Positions 1-12,731 of a stretch of 64,000 nt of DNA are shown here, one piece after another. Made by a program: the position numbers and the translations under genes. Origin of the DNA: Tubulanus polymorphus (lineage: Eukaryota > Animalia > Nemertea); the NCBI RefSeq assembly GCF_964204645.1, contig NC_134028.1:20518345-20582344 (forward strand). The letters are read 5' to 3'. The notes below the pieces were generated by a model. The model saw only the letters and a list, made by a program, of their open reading frames with translations. It was not told the DNA's origin and did no database searches. The number at the start of each line of letters is the position of its first letter. Position 1 is the first letter of the stretch.

Positions 1-37
1 ACGATACAGCGTTTCCTCTTTATAGGGAATTATTTAC

Positions 38-124
38 CTTGCTACATGTACTTTCATCAGCAATGGCATCGGTTGTAACCCAGAAAACCGCTAGAAAAAC
101 CACCAAAAAACTGATCAATTTCAT
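38..124 (-). CDS. Secreted two-Cys protein family, copy A: signal-peptide exon (last exon lies upstream of the window)
   Basis: Reverse strand reads MKLISFLVVFLAVFWVTTDAIADESTCSK then a gtaaat donor. Upstream are a ttgcag acceptor, a UTR-exon donor gtaaga and TATA-like gtataaa at ~321-327. Identical to the copy E exon. Confidence 0.8.
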
Positions 125-679
125 GTTGTCTCTGGAAAACTGCAATCAGATCATAGAAATAGAGACTGGTTTCCGGCAGTGTCAGAACAGGAGACTGGTT
201 CCCGACTGTGTCAGTTCATAGATATTACGAGTGATCTTACCTGTATGATATGTGTTGAGATTTAGCGTGGTGTTGAAGCGACTGACGAATGTCTCATTTT
301 GTCGATTGAATCTTGCCAGTTTTATACATATTTTGGGATGAATAATATTTGATCAGAAGTTGCTTAACGGTTTCACATTATATATCCCACTCAGTAGATT
401 CAATTCCAACTATTTACAGGATCGATTCGATTATTTTTGCTTTGTTTAATCTGTCTGGCCCTGTTTTTCTACTGTATATTGCTGGAAATTTGAAGGACGA
501 TGGAGGTTTAATATTTTTCACCCACATATGAATAAAATCTTGTAAAAGGCTACTTTATGAACTGTATATTCAAATATTAATTAAATTGCATCCGGTCCCA
601 CAGTTCCACATTTCCACAGTAGAATTATTCAAATTATTGAAAACTCGTGACTCAAATATAACCAAACTTTAGAACTTTG

Positions 680-1140
680 TCCAGGACTGTGGAACGGGAT
701 CCTAAGTAAGCAAGTCCTGAAGTGTGAAAAAGTGTGGTAAAAGTAAGTCCAAAACACGGTGGATCTGGATCAACAACTGTAGAAGTAGGTCATGAAGTGT
801 GGAACTTGGCCCACAACAGTGAAAGTAGGTCCAGAACAATGGAACTGCGTCGACAACTGTAGAAAGTAGTCCAAAATTGTGGAACTTGCTCTACAACTGT
901 AGAAACATGTCCAAAACTGTGGAACTGGATCCAAAACCGTAGAATGGGCCCGAACTGGGTCGACAAGTAAGGAAGGTGCATTTCTGTGGAACTCGATCCA
1001 AAAATTAGGTCTACACCAAGACTGTGGAACCGGGAAAACTGTAATTAGAGAGTTTTCAGAACTTTGTCCAAAACTGTGGAAATGGATCTAGTTTTATGGA
1101 ACTTGGCAGGAGTGTCGAACTGAAAACTGTGAAAAACTGC
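680..1140 (+). repeat. Degenerate ~20-bp minisatellite (AACTGTGGAACTGGATCCAA / AACTGTAGAAGTAGGTCCAG), upstream of copy A
   Basis: Tandem units visible directly, with two alternating unit types. Confidence 0.9.
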
Positions 1141-2761
1141 GGGATTGGCTCTCTTGGAAAAGTTCGAAGTTTTGACATAAGAATCTATTCTATATCGTGT
1201 GTTTTCGGTATCTGCAGTTGAAATTGACGAGAACTTGTTCAATTTGGGGAATATCGGCGAAAAAACTAATTACGCCAAACGTTTTAACAGTAGTAAATAT
1301 CAATAAAATCATTGATTGCATCGATCACGAGTTAGGTTCTATTCAAACTGACTATTGATTATTCGTAGATGATAGCTTTGATCAGATCCCCTCTATAGGA
1401 AACATCCAAGTCATGTGTAGAAGTTTCTGCCACATTTTGAATTTGCCAAAAAGAATCTGCATGATAAAAATTGTTAGCTTGAAAAAATCTAATGAATTTG
1501 AAACTGTAGGGCAGTCTAGGGGTACCGTAATAACTTCTCCCTATCCCGAACAGACGGAGTATCATCAAACACACGACCTTTCAAACTCATTGTATTGCAA
1601 GGCCGCACTTATAACATATTGTTTTCTATTATACTATGACCCCGAGAGCTGGTGTAGAATTCGACCTTGTACCTGATTGCACTCGTTCAGTAAAAATAGT
1701 CTATATTTTCAGAACAAGAAAATTTGTATTTAAAAATATGGAAATACGATTGTATAATGCTTTGTTTCAGGGTGAAATGAAGGTGATTTTAAAGATTGCG
1801 GTTTATGTCGGGTTTGGTTGTGGTATAACCAGTATGCTTTGCCTTGTAAGGAGCCTCCGGAAGTGTTATAAGTGACATTGTGAATTTTTTTTATTAACTT
1901 GCGTCCGATCGAAATGTTTTGCGACGTAGAAACTAAATAATTTTTTTCGTAGAAACGAAAATGTGTGACATGGTGGAAAATATTATTTTCTAACTAACTG
2001 TGGGTTAGGATCAGAAAAAGAGGTTTGGGGTGTCTTGCCCATTACTCGCACTCCCAATTAAGGCACAGGCACTCCACCGTTGCACGGATAGCCGAAAGCT
2101 CGTAACTAGTCATAATCATGTGTGTGATTAGCGAATTAGTAGATCTTATCCAAATCCTAACATAACGCTCAAAGCGATATTAGCCCCAACTCAAGTGTTC
2201 TTACCCCCAAGCCTTCTAAAAAGCCTTCGCAAAATTACCCCTCAGACAATAACCCTTCGCAAATGATCCCCAAAAATAACACATCACCTTCGAATTGCCC
2301 CAGAATAACAACCCCCAGACAACTCATGGAGATTGCCAACCCCCTTACTCCAGTAGGCGGGGGGATTTGTATTCTTACAATGAGGAATGCTACAATTTTT
2401 GACTCGAATGATACATGTATGAACGTTAAGGGCTATGGTCATGTGATTTTCGATTGGGATTCCTGATTGGGGTGTTAAACTTTGTATCTATAATTCCAAA
2501 TTCGTAATCGACCCACACGTAGTTGATGCTGGGTTCAGGTAACATTCTGTTATAATCAACTTATTAAATATGACGAAATGAGAATCATACAATTATTCGG
2601 CTACTTTCTATACGTACAGCTTGTAGGGTTAGTAGGATTCATGGATAACAGGTAGTCATGGAATCGGTCAAAGACTGACAAATGGCTTTGGTCTCTTCAA
2701 TAATCTGTTTGACCCCCCTCCATGGAGTCAGGGGTCAGGCGGACATGCCTCCTATTAAAAA

Positions 2762-2858
2762 ATATTTCGTTCGAACGGAAAAATTTCGTTCCCACGAAAA
2801 TCTTTTCGTTAGAACGAAAACATTTCGTTCCCACGAAAACATTTTGTTCGAATGAAAA
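2762..2858. repeat. Short ~19-20-bp tandem repeat (TTTCGTTCCCACGAAAA-type, ~5 units) in the palindrome spacer
   Basis: Units seen directly; also at ~46540-46637 and inverted at ~30665-30755. Confidence 0.75.
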
Positions 2859-3139
2859 GATTAATGATATAATCTTGCAATACAATGTGTCGTTTGTCTA
2901 AATGATCGCTTGTTGCTCGTGGGATATACACTGTGTTAACGTTAGGGACAAGTGAACTGTATGAACTCAAATATCAGCGTTATTAAGACATAATTTTGTC
3001 TCAACACCAGTTGTCTCAACAATTGGCGTAATTAATTTTTTCACCAAATTGAGCAAGTTCTAGTCGATTTCAATGCGAAAACAGAAAATGCACAATATCG
3101 AATAGCTTTTTAAGTCAGAACTTCGAGCTTTTTCGGGTT

Positions 3140-3800
3140 GAGACCCAATTCTGAAGTTTATCACAGAGTTCCACATTCCTTGACCAAGTTCCATAAAACT
3201 AGATCCAGTTCCACAGAACACCACTCCACAGTTCTGGGTCCATTTCCACAGTTGTTGACCAAGTTTCATAGTTCTGCATGGAGCTTGCAGTTGTAGGCCA
3301 AGTTATTCTGTTCTGAGACCTACTTCCATAGTTGTGGTCTATGTTCAACAGTTGTGGGCGTACCTTTACAGTTGTGAACCAAGTTCCACAGTTCTGGGCC
3401 TACCTCACTTGTGGTCCCAGTCACAGTTCTGGACCTACTCCTACAGTTTTGGATCCAGTTCCACAGTTTTGGACCTGCTTATAGAGTTGTAGAACCAGTT
3501 CCACAATGTGGACCTACTTCTATAGTTGTAGACCTAATTCCTCAGTTCGGGTCCTACATCTACAGTTATGGACACAGTTCCAAAACTTCTGGACCTACTT
3601 CTACAGTTTTGGACCTTCTTACACAATACTCGTCCTACTTCTTGAATTGTGGACACAATTCCAAACCCCTGGACCTACTTGTTCAGAAAGTTGTGAATCA
3701 AGATCTACAGTGTGCTGGACATACCTCGGCAGCTTTGGACACAGTTCAACACTTCTGGACTTGCTTATCTAGGGTCCAATTCCACAGTCCTGGACAAAGT
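3140..3800 (-). repeat. Same 20-bp minisatellite in inverted orientation, upstream of copy B
   Basis: ttccacagtt..ggacctact units are the reverse complement of the 680-1140 units. Confidence 0.9.
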
Positions 3801-4338
3801 TCGGTTGAATTTGATTCAAGAGTTAAAATGGATTCATTTTCGTCAAGTTGACTCTTCTGTGGAATTGTGGAACCGGGCGAAGTTTGGTTAATATTTGAAT
3901 CTACAGTTCATATCAAGTCTTTTACAGGATTTTATTTCATTGTGTGGGTGAAAAAATGTACAACGTACTTCAAATTTCCAGCAACGACTGTAAACAAATC
4001 AGGCAGATTAAACATGACAAATATAATCGAATCAATCCTGTAATCAGTTGGAATCAAATCTATATTTCAGTGAAGTGCTAATCCCGAAGCCGTTCAGCAA
4101 CTTCTGATCAGATATTATTCAGCCCAAAGTATGTATAAATCTCGCAAAATTTAATCGACAAAATGAAACATTCGTCGGTCGCTTCACCAGCACGTTAAAT
4201 TTCAACACACATCATACAGGTAAGATCAGTAACGCAAAATATCCATGTTCTGGCAAAGTCGGGAACCAGTCGTTTGTTCTGGCTTAGCCGGGACCAGTCT
4301 CTATTTCTATGATCTGATTGCAGTTTTCCGGAAACAAC

Positions 4339-5085
4339 ATGGAATTGATAAGTTTTTGGTGGTTTTTCTGGCGGTTTTCTGGGTTTCAACCGATGCCATT
4401 GATGAAAGTACATGTAGCGAGGTAAATATATGTCTATGATGAGGAAACGCCGTTTGTTAATCGTCGAAGCATTTCTTCAATCATGTTATGATCAAATAAT
4501 CCATCGCAGCTACACTCATGAACCTAAAGTCTACAAACCTCATTGGTCCTATGTACAATTGATATTCCTGATGGAAAGACGAATCAACAGAAATAACTCT
4601 CGGTATCTGAAACAAATCTCTGAATATGGGTTGAAGTATTCATTCCCATGAAAAAGTAGCTGCTGTTTTGGATTTATGTTGTGGGTTTTTACGCAATTAT
4701 ATTCAAGACTGGAAAAAGTCGCAATTATTTATAACCTCTTAGTATTCTTATATTAATAGTGATTATCAGTGTTGTATTTGAAAGGTTCACCAAAGAAAAA
4801 GCATTTTCAATTGTGTTTGTTTTATTGGCAGGTATCATCTCGTGCTGTCGAGTTTTACGGCAAGGCCATATCGGGACCACTGAGCAAATTGACTTGCAAG
4901 TCTATCGTTAAAAGCAATATCTTCGACGATCTTAAGTCACCAGGTCGACTAGGTAATATTTCGTCGACGGTCTTCAATTCTAGAAAGGGCAAATCGCTGA
5001 TTATCGATTTCGCAAGAAACAATGCGAAAAATCTAAGAAAAATTTTGATCCTTGATCTTGAGCCTTGAAACAACTGGGAAACTAG
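4339..5085 (+). pseudogene. Secreted two-Cys protein family, copy B (frameshifted)
   Basis: Exons 4339-4421 and 4832-5085. A T5 run instead of T6 at ~4353-4357 shifts the signal exon, and a second shift near 5050 gives ILILDLEP* instead of NLKSLETALKQLGN*. TATA ~4133-4139, AATAAA ~5232. Confidence 0.8.
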
Positions 5086-5799
5086 AAAACTAGAAAATGC
5101 CATGGAAATGATGGATAATTCGAACAACATCGCGTCATACTAGAAGATCTAAATTCTAATTCTAATTCAGTTCTAGGTTTCGGGTTTCCTTGTTCTATAC
5201 GATTCAAATGTTTGTCAGTTATTTGTTTATAAATAAATGCAAATAGATAATTCTTCGTCGGCATTATAAATGAATGTAGTGATGTATTGATTTCATTGAC
5301 GGTTCGATCGCAGTTTGCAGTTCCCCCGGAAACCGGTGAGCAGATGAAACGAGTTCCCAGTATACGTAAGTATAGTTGGACCAGGACGGCATTGAGAATC
5401 TTCAACTTTTGACAACACATGAAGACAGCTGATGGCTTAGTTCGGCACACTCAGATATTAAACTAGATCACCAAAGTAATAATGATCGGACTAGTTTCCT
5501 TGTACCTATTCTTTCGACTCTTAATCAACATGTCTTTTCTGAATGTAATGAACTTTCTCCAAATATCCCTATCAGAGAAGGAAAGAAAATCATCGGGAAA
5601 ACTAGGCGTTCGCGCGATCACTATCGTTATCTGGGATATGAAGGCATAGGTTGTACATTTATTTAGTTATTCATCGTCTCAGTTCATACTAAGTAGAAAG
5701 ATACGCACAGGATAAAGAAATTGAAAGAAAAAACAAAAAATATTACATGATTACAAATGAACCAATACTATAATCATACAATCGATACAAAAAGGACTT

Positions 5800-8120
5800 A
5801 CATTTATGGATATAATGAAAATGACCCACAAAGGTCGTATACTGTATTTATTTCTAAATTTACTCATTTATATGATACATGCTTTCCATTTATCAAACGC
5901 ATGAACGCAAAAAACCAATAAGTCTAAACCCTGGTTAACTACGGGCTTGTTAGACTCTATTAAATATAAAAATCACTTATATAGGAAAACACTTTATAAT
6001 TCAGATATTGCTTTTAAATCCCGTTATTTAGAATATAAGCGATTATTATCACGTTTATTAAAAACTGTTGAAAAAGGTTACTATGATACTCAGTTATTTG
6101 GTGTAAAGAATGATATGAAAGCTACGTGGAAAATCTTAAAAACAGTTATTGGAAGTAACTCCGTCAAAGAACAACTACCAGCTTCCTTTAAGCTAAACAA
6201 CGTAACTGTCAGTGGTAGTTTAAACATTGCAAATGAGTTTAATACTTTTTTTTGTTAATATCGGACATCGTTTAGCAAATATGATCCCCGAGTCTGAAAA
6301 ACATTTCAGTTTTTATTTAAATCGTCCTAATAATGAAAACTTCTTTTTCTTCCCAACAAACTCGCTAGAAATTGATGAAATAGTAAATAAATTCTCTGGA
6401 AATAAAGGTATTGGCATTGACGGGATCTCTATAAAAATAGTTAAAAGAATTATTGATGTTATTAAATATCCACTTACTCATATATTCAACAATAGCCTTC
6501 ATTCTGGAGTGGTCCCTGCTGAACTCAAAATTGCTCGGGTGTGCCCTCTGTATAAAAAAGGTGAATGCGATTCCTTTGACAATTATCGACCCTTATCTAT
6601 TTTACCATATTTTTCTAAGATACTAGAAAAACTTGTTCATAAACGTTTAGTCGCTTTTTGTAAAAATTTGAAATTATTGATCATAACCAATTTGGATTTA
6701 GGAAAAATTACTCAACATCAATGGCATTAACTCGTATATCTGATGAAATAGCAGCCAATATTGACGAAAGAAAAACAACGATTGGAATATTTTTGGATTT
6801 GTCTAAAGCTTTTGACACAGTAAATCACCGTATTCTTTTGGATAAACTTGATCATTATGGTATTTAAGGCACAGCACTTAATTGGTTTCAAAATTACTTA
6901 GAAGGTCGCAAACAAATAGTCCAGATTAAAGATACTAATTCTACCGCTTTAGATATTGATATTGGAGTACCACAGGGCTCCATTTTAGGTCCATTACTAT
7001 TTATACTATACATAAACGACTGTACTCGTGCATCTGATATCCTAAAGTTAATTTTATTTGCTGATGACACGAATGCTTTCTATAGTGATCATCTCGTTGA
7101 CCGCCTGATAAAAACGATCAATACTGAACTTTCGAAACTAGTTGTTTGGTTTGGTGCCCACAAGTTATCAATTAATATCAGTAAAACTTATTATATATTT
7201 AGTAAAACTTTTGTTGGTAATACAAAGATTTATATCGATGATCGTGAAATTGAACGTGTCCACACTACCAATTTTTTGGGGGTTTTAATAGATGAAAAAC
7301 TGTCATGGGATGATCACATAAAATCTGTGTATGTAAAAAAGTGTCACGTTGTGTTGGCGTTCTTCATCGTGTTGTCTTCCAATTCTTTACGTACCTTGTA
7401 TTTATCCTTAATAGACCCGTATCTTCAATATTGTAACATTGTTTGGAAAAGAACTTCTGATTATAAACTGCATCCATTAACAATTCTACAAAAACGTGCT
7501 GTCCGTTTGGTCAGCAAATCCCATTATTTAGAACACACTGATCCAATTTTTGCTCGGTTAAATATACTTAAAATTAAGAATATTAACAAACTCCAACTAG
7601 CTATTTTTGTACATAAATTCGTCAATTCAAAATTGCCTCGGACCTTTCAGACTTATTGGAACTTCAATTATAAAATTCATAGTAAACCTACGCGTAATAG
7701 ATTTAGAATTAGATTGCCTTATTTTAGAACTGTAACTAGAAAATCTTCTGTCAAAATATCCGGTCTCCTATTATGGAATACTCTATCCGAATCAATTCAA
7801 ACTATTCAAAGCGAACCTGCCTTTAAGCGTACCTACATTAAATCATTATTCAACACTTTGTACATTTTCATTCTATACAAACCTATGTTAATGTGTAATA
7901 TGTGAAACTTTTTTTTTCTTTTCGCCTGTTAATTACTTGTGTGCATGATGTGTGAGTGTGATGAATGTGGTGTGGATGCTTCTGGGTGATACGGCTTAGA
8001 TAGACTGTTTCAGTCTCTCCGTGTAGCCCCATTATCCTGTTACATTTTTCTTCGTCTAATCATACTTATTATATCGTTCAATAATGTAACATCGTAATGA
8101 AAATAAATTTCAATTTCAAT
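5800..8120 (+). mobile_element. 5'-truncated, decayed CR1/L2-type LINE (RT and C-terminal part of ORF2)
   Basis: ORF fragments with [36 protein letters not shown] and FADD motifs. In-frame TAA at ~6865 plus frameshifts. Ends in AATAAA plus a (TTTCAA)n tail. Confidence 0.93.
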
Positions 8121-8142
8121 ATATTGACGTAATGGGCTTGTA

Positions 8143-10151
8143 TTAATGAATAAGTTCCTTTTCTGAGTTGTAAGCAGCGCTGTTTGGACGACCGGTTTTA
8201 GGGATTAGATTCATCCAATAATCTCTACCGTGTCTGCAATAAATAAAAGAGCATGATATATAAAGCGATGCTTCCGCGCAATATGGATACTGGTATAAAA
8301 ACGTCAGGATTATCCGGCTATCGGTTTACTTTTGACGATCATATTCATATACACTCTGTCCATATCCAGCCGCGAATGGTAAATTATGATCTTTTCCGGG
8401 TTGTCTGAATCCTCGTTCCTCGGATAACTGTAATCAGGGAAGTGTGATGAGACACATCACACTTCCCTGCTGTAATCAATATAATTATAATGTTAATTAT
8501 CATGCGAATGGATTTCTCAATGTGATTTGGATATCGAAATGCAATGCAACATTTTGTGTACAAACTTCTTCAGCCATTTCACGAATATGATAACTCTCGA
8601 ATCCGCAACATCCTCCGATGTATCTCACTCCAAGTTCATAAGCTCTACGGGCATAATCTCTACATTCCCAACGAGTAAGAATGCGTGGTTCCATCGCTGA
8701 AAATGAAAAAGCATCTAAATACGCATGTATTAGCTATTTCAATGTCGAGACGATCGAAATGTTATTTCAGCTCACCTAACATACACTCGGGTAAATGAGA
8801 ATATCCTTCAACTAGATACTCAGTTTCAGGAGAAAGGAATCCGATTGGCTGCATCATCAGAAATTGAGATAAACCAGCTTCATTCAGGGCATCTTTCATC
8901 AATTTCATCGTTTACAGTTGCGCGTTATAATCAAACTGGCAATTTAAACCCACAATATCGGCCCCTGGGTGATTGAAAACAAACACATACGATTATGATT
9001 TAATAAACTTTGCACGACATTGAAACATTTTTGAAAAATAACGAATATTAAGAGGGATGTTTCTTGAGTGAAGGCATGATTTGACACCTCGTTTAGCCAT
9101 TCTAACTGAACATTCTCCTGCACTGATTCCATCCATACACCCAACTGGACCTATTCTCATGGTACACGCTATAGGTTTGTTGTAATTCTTCATGACATCA
9201 ATCGCCCACTCCATCTCCTCGATTGAACAGAAATACTGGATTCGAAAAATACATGTATACATTCGACAATACAGTGTTACACAAATGTTCGATTTGTTGA
9301 TAGTGAAATTCCAATGTAAAATACCAATGAATATCATCCTAGTCTTGAATAACAGATGCTTACCTCCGCTATAAAGAAATCGACATCCTTTTCTTTGAAC
9401 ACTTGGCATTGCTTTTCGAATTCTGCTTGAACTGCTGCCTTCCCTTTCCAGCTGTATATGTCGGTGTAGGCGACAAACCTCCGCAAACTAGTAGATTGTA
9501 TGATGTGGCAACATTACGTGCAAGATCGCACGCCGCGTGGTTTATAAATACATTATAAATATGTACATCATTACCAAAGCACTAACCATTCAGTACAATT
9601 TGTATGACTGAATAGTTGAATAAGAGTGAGATAGATAAAGACCACAACCTACGTTATAATTTTTGGCCGACTCACTACATTGAAGCATTCCATCCGTCGC
9701 GTGAAAGGTGAATGCTTGAATTACATCAGCTCCAGCTCGAGCAAATTCTTTATGTAAACCACTGACTGAAAAATGGCAAATTAATGATTTTTCTTTTATC
9801 GGCGAATCCCAGTTTTGACTTGAAGATAACCCAACGGTTATTTTATAGGACTTTTTTTCTGGCAGATGCCTCGTAGTTCGTCATTGTTTAAATTCAAAAT
9901 GATGCCCACAAAACTATAGATTTTTTTGCAGGCAGGAAGGTGTGCTAAAATTGATCGGGTAAAGTTGGGCTGTGAATAGAATAAGTCACAAACATGTAAA
10001 ACCTACCGGCGTCAGGATGTTCTAGAACGCATTCAGGAGTATACAGCCCAGCAGTCACATATCCTCTTTTTTCGAATGTATTCATGTAACTACCGTCGCC
10101 AATGATTATGCGTTTTGCTAATATCTCCAGTATATTCGGTTTAGCTGCCAT
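8143..10151 (-). pseudogene. BHMT: Betaine-homocysteine S-methyltransferase-like gene, copy 1, disabled (8 exons)
   Basis: Motifs IIIGDG, RGYV..G.YTPE, RAGADV, IAEYF, GLNC, IGGCCGF, TGRP. Lesions relative to copy 2: 16-bp deletion at ~9545 removing the exon-3 acceptor, 1-bp deletion at ~9445, in-frame TAA at 8912-8914. Confidence 0.92.
8435..8469. mobile_element. 35-bp TIR-only DNA-transposon remnant with 7-bp TSD
   Basis: CAGGGAAGTGTGATG-agaca-CATCACACTTCCCTG flanked by direct CTGTAAT (8428-8434, 8470-8476). Absent at the paralogous site ~52205. Confidence 0.85.
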
Positions 10152-11112
10152 ATCTAGTATTTTGCAAATAAGGCCACCTTGAATCGTTTAACGTTTGACA
10201 AAGATTTCCAAACTGGCCTATGAATTTTACAGAAAACACATTTTACTATTAGGTCAACCATCGTTGTCCCATTCGATGGTTATAGAAATTGATTGCCTTG
10301 ATATACATGTCACGCGTATATTCTGTTGTTGTTGTACGAGGTTCCGTCTAGGCAACTTGAATGAGAGTTTTGATGTATATCAAATCATTTACTGGACCGT
10401 TGCCATTGGGAAAAAGATTTCCCCCAAAAGTTGCACCTGTTCACGGTGACGAATATCCGCGATATCATAAGCTGAGATCCTGCCCTTTCTGATGATATCG
10501 ACGAATACTATCAAGTCCATTCAATTTGATCATGTATAAAGGTTTATTAAGGTTTTTATGGGTTCATACGAAATTCCTGGATGCTGCGGGGACCTGCTGT
10601 TTGAGGGATGATTTCTCAAGGATTCTAGATTTTGGCAATTTGGTCGGAAGCCTTCATGAGTTGATAATTATATAATGTGGTTTTGTACGATATAAATTAG
10701 TTGCATCATATCTATAGAACTAATTACTGGATGTAATTAATCTATACCGCTGTTAATTCGTCGCTGATTTTAATATGTCAATTAGATCTTAATCGATTTA
10801 CTCAATTACAATAATTAGAACAGCGTTGAATTAGTTTACCTTCACAGAAGTCGAAAATGTGTAATTAAGTAATTAATGTCAGTCGCCAGTGTTTTATTAA
10901 TGAGATGTGCTCCTCTCTCACGTGTCGGGTTTGAGTGACAGATGATCCCGGTATAAAACAATCTGATGAGACATCAACAAATCAGTTCAGCCAATGACTA
11001 GTCATCATCATCACTTTCATTGAATTAGCGGATAATCAGTAAGCGCGGGATTAACGAATTAACATTCAATCGATGATTTATGGATTACCACTCATAGGAT
11101 TTAAAGATTACA
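10152..11112. promoter_or_regulatory. Divergent BHMT/BMPER intergenic region, candidate bidirectional promoter
   Basis: Start codons ~960 bp apart and facing away from each other. TATA-like gtataaaa ~10952, CACGTG ~10919, dense TAATTA motifs 10720-10900. Function is inferred. Confidence 0.45.
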
Positions 11113-11400
11113 ATGGATTATTACGCCGTTAAAACGATTGTGTTGATTTCAGTAATCTATTTAGTAACGGGTTAGTCTTCATATCTTATCGATAATAACA
11201 ATAAAGTTATTAAATTATCAGATGTTAAATGATAATATTGAAATGTTGTTTTTCATCAATTAAAGGTTGTAAATATCGGAATAAAGAATATAAAAGTGGA
11301 GCTGAATAGATTGACGAAAAAGATCCCTGTAAACAGCACTCGTGTTCGGTAAGTAAATTGAACCTGGATTTCTCAAATAATATGTCACGTCTGAAATAGA

Positions 11401-11601
<201 letters not shown>

Positions 11602-12731
11602 ATAGCTACGACCGAGTCCCATCTGCGTTAGAATCTAATTCATTAAACTTACAGAAAAACATCTCATTCTAACTCACTGGATCCTGATTGTTTTACATTA
11701 TCAAAGCAATGGTTTAATGTTTCAAGATATTTTTTTCAGTCCGGTGTTCTGACTCTAAGTAAAGTACAATGTCGCGCGGGATGTCGTGAACAGATATATA
11801 AACCGGGTCAATGTTGTCCGGCCTGTAGCAGCGAGAAAGAGAACACTAAAGGATGTGTTCTGAATGGAATAACCGTCGAAGATGGGAAATCAATGACAAA
11901 ACCCGGTGAAAAGTGCACAACATGTAAATGCCAGGTATAAATGAATAATCATGTTTAGTTCTAAAACTTTTAAGCAATTCATACGTATTTCAATCATATA
12001 CACACGTTCAATTTCATATAATATAAATATCATTGTTTTCGATGTGTTTCAGTCGGGGGAATTGACGTGTATTCGGAAAGTTTGCCCAGTTCTAAATTGT
12101 CCGCAAAAATATCAAGTACACGAAGAAAATGTGTGCTGTCCAATTTGTAAAGGTAACTAATCTTTTAAGATATCCAGGTTCGAGTCCTGGCCCGGTGGCA
12201 TAATTATGTTTGGTCACAACTTCACCTCTTATATACCCTCTCTGAATTAATTAGGAGGAAAGAAACTTCGATCACTAACGAATTAGAGGGCTCAACGGGT
12301 TGAGGCATAAACAACATAAGTTCTTGTCGTTTAATCTACAATATTTGATTTTTCTTGCAGGTAAAGAAGCCGTATCGGTCAGTTCTATTCACGGCAGTTG
12401 TTTATTTCGTGGTCATCTTCATCAGGAAAATCGACATTTCATGCCGGATAAATGCACGAAATGTTCTTGTTACAAGGGCGGGATGCAGTGTTATCGTAAA
12501 TCGTGTCCAGATCTGAATTGCCCGAAACAATTCTTGGTCTACGATAAGAAATCGTGTTGTCCGATATGTAAGCGTCCAGCTGGATGTGCATACAAAGGCA
12601 AAATGTACAAGGTAAATATCTTACTATTTGAGTTAAGAGCACATGACTCTTATTGTGAACATATATTCTAATAACCGTAGGATAAGCATTGACGAAATAT
12701 CCCTGTACATTGTAGTATATTTTTCATAAAA

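Noticed and set aside
39-221. Recurrent ORFs 'TQKTARKTTKKLINFM' and 'HQWHRLKPRKPPEKPPK'
   Set aside because: Antisense shadows of the signal-peptide exon.
680-1140. CRISPR-like periodicity in the 20-bp arrays
   Set aside because: Units are contiguous and degenerate with no unique spacers, there are no cas genes and the context is eukaryotic.
2060-2145. HDV-like ribozyme candidate (hairpin followed by GCGAA)
   Set aside because: I could not build the P1/P3/P1.1 nested pseudoknot by hand. An Infernal or RNArobo search would be needed, so it is not reported.
3411-3851. ORFs of 60-146 aa over the minisatellites (also 790-981, 29857-30102, 32276-32542, 47284-47619)
   Set aside because: Translations of tandem repeats; frames are not conserved between arrays.
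4430-4651. Possible middle coding exon YTHEPKVY...YLKQISE in the secreted family
   Set aside because: Phase is incompatible with the signal exon, copy D has a stop in it and copy C has it deleted. The flanking exons join in frame without it.
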